Both the position numbers and the translations under genes were made by a program. From Eledone cirrhosa (Eukaryota): a DNA stretch of 64,000 bases. Location: positions 23,064,001-23,128,000 of the forward strand of contig OZ024765.1 in assembly GCA_964016885.1 (NCBI GenBank), in the 5' to 3' direction. Below the pieces are notes generated by a model that did no database searches, was not told the DNA's origin, and saw only the letters and a program-made list of their open reading frames with translations. Positions within the stretch are counted from its first letter, which is position 1, and each line of letters starts with the position of its first letter. Below are positions 62,020 to 64,000 of this stretch, piece after piece.

Positions 62020-63459
62020 GACTTTCAGAAACATTTTTCAGAGTTGCTGAAGCATGGAACAAACTACCTGCATCAGTTGTTAGTTGTCGAGACACTGCAT
62101 CCTTTAAAACCTCCATGGAACAAACTACCTGCATCAGTTGTTAGATGTCGAGACACTGCATCCTTTAAAACCTCCATGGAACAAACTACCTCCATCAGTT
62201 GTTAGCTGTCGAGACACTGCATCCTTTAAAACCTCCATGGAACAAACTACCTCCATCAGTTGTTAGCTGTCGAGACACTGCATCCTTTAAAACCTCCATG
62301 GAACAAATACCTGCATCAGTTGTTAGTTGTCGAGACACTGCATCCTTTAAAACCTCCATGGAACAAACTACCTCCATCAGTTGTTAGCTGTCGAGACACT
62401 GCATCCTTTAAAACCTCCATGGAACAAACTACCTGCATCAGTTGTTAGCTGTCGAGACACTGCATCCTTTAAAACCTCCATGGAACAAACTCCCTGCATC
62501 AGTTGTTAGTTGTCGAGACACTGCATCCTTTAAAACCTCCATGGAACAAACTACCTGCATCAGTTGTTAGCTGTCGAGACACTGCATCCTTTAAAACCTC
62601 CATGGAACAAATACCTGCATCAGTTGTTAGCTGTCGAGACACTGCATCCTTTAAAACTTCCATGGAACAAATACCTGCATCAGTTGTTAGCTGTCGAGAC
62701 ACTGCATCCTTTAAAACCTCCATGGAACAAATACCTGCATCAGTTGTTAGCTGTCGAGACACTGCATCCTTTAAAACCTCCATGGAACAAACTACCTGCA
62801 TCAGTTGTTAGCTGTCGAGACACTGCATCCTTTAAAACCTCCATGGAACAAATACCTGCATCAGTTGTTAGCTGTCGAGACACTGCATCCTTTAAAACCT
62901 CCATGGAACAAACTACCTGCATCAGTTGTTAGCTGTCGAGACACTGCATCCTTTAAAACCTCCATGGAACAAACTACCTGCATCAGTTGTTAGCTGTCGA
63001 GACACTGCATCCTTTAAAACCTCCATGGAACAAATACCTGCATCAGTTGTTAGCTGTCGAGACACTGCATCCTTTAAAACTTCCATGGAACAAATACCTG
63101 CATCAGTTGTTAGCTGTCGAGACACTGCATCCTTTAAAACCTCCATGGAACAAATACCTGCATCAGTTGTTAGCTGTCGAGACACTGCATCCTTTAAAAC
63201 CTCCATGGAACAAACTACCTGCATCAGTTGTTAGCTGTCGAGACACTGCATCCTTTAAAACCTCCATTCTTCCTGAAATTCGCCAACACTACACCTGATA
63301 TCCCCCCCTGCATACACACACACACACATGTATCTGTGTGTATTTCATGACTTCGCACACTGTTCACTTTCTTGACATTTGTACATTATTCTATGTACTA
63401 TACATGCACCTTTGATGAGTTGTAGTGCACCTGAGCACTGTACACAATGATTTCATTAT

Positions 63460-63460
<1 letters not shown>
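62020..63460 (+). mobile_element. CR1-type 3' end containing a 60/61-bp tandem array (~20 copies, 62052-63266)
   Basis: The unit encodes WNKLPASVVSCRDTASFKTSM. Non-repeated flanks match 7240-7665(-) and 13505-13690. Confidence 0.85.
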
Positions 63461-63535
<75 letters not shown>

Positions 63536-63541
<6 letters not shown>

Positions 63542-64000
63542 CATAAACGAACTAAGGGAAAAATTAGAAATAAGAGGGATCAGATGTTGTTTACTCGAGA
63601 GAAGGCTACGTTGGTATGGTCACGTGATGCGCATGAAAGACGACAGCTGTATAACAAAGTGCAGGGCAATAAAGATAGACGGTAGCCACGGAGTAGGCAG
63701 ACCCAGAAAAACCTGGGACGAGCTGATGAATTCCGACCTCACACACTTACACCTCTCCAAGACAATGTCACTGGACTGAGACCTTTGGCGGTACTCAGTA
63801 ATAGAGAAGACCCGCCTTACCTAAATACAAAGTAAAACCTACTACAGTCAGTAGGCACCTCTAACAAAATACACCCCCGTCCCGCCACCCCCACCCTATC
63901 CACACCGCCCCTTCAATGTAAAGTTATGTTGGTGCCACAACATCCAGGCGGAAACAAATGAGATCGTGTAGATGTCACGACAAAAAACACACAGTCCACG
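63536..64000 (+). mobile_element. RTE subfamily 2, 3' part (truncated by the window end)
   Basis: Colinear with 44221-44660. Confidence 0.85.

Overview
Repeat-dense animal genomic DNA. The SINE/LINE families, (GAT)n tails and (TA)n/(CAC)n tracts suggest a coleoid cephalopod, probably Octopus (inference). One host gene runs on the + strand: 13 internal coding exons of ARFGEF3/BIG3, including a GC-AG intron, two exons with coding repeats and at least one exon that is probably lost in the 200-N gap. The introns hold an apparently intact two-ORF Tx1/L1-group LINE inserted in a 72-bp minisatellite, a truncated second copy, RTE and CR1-type LINE fragments, tRNA-derived SINEs, a non-autonomous Helitron, foldback/MITE-like elements, Penelope-like remnants with hammerhead ribozyme motifs, and several tandem arrays grown from pieces of SINEs or LINEs. 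Most notable: (1) a ~43-nt inverted complementarity in the Tx1 element that joins the ORF1 stop/inter-ORF spacer to the 3' UTR and brackets ORF2; (2) type I hammerhead folds, one of them sense to the host pre-mRNA; (3) tandem duplications of a splice donor and of a splice acceptor plus exon start. All alignments were made by eye and no database searches were run. Most long ORFs in the supplied track are repeat artefacts.
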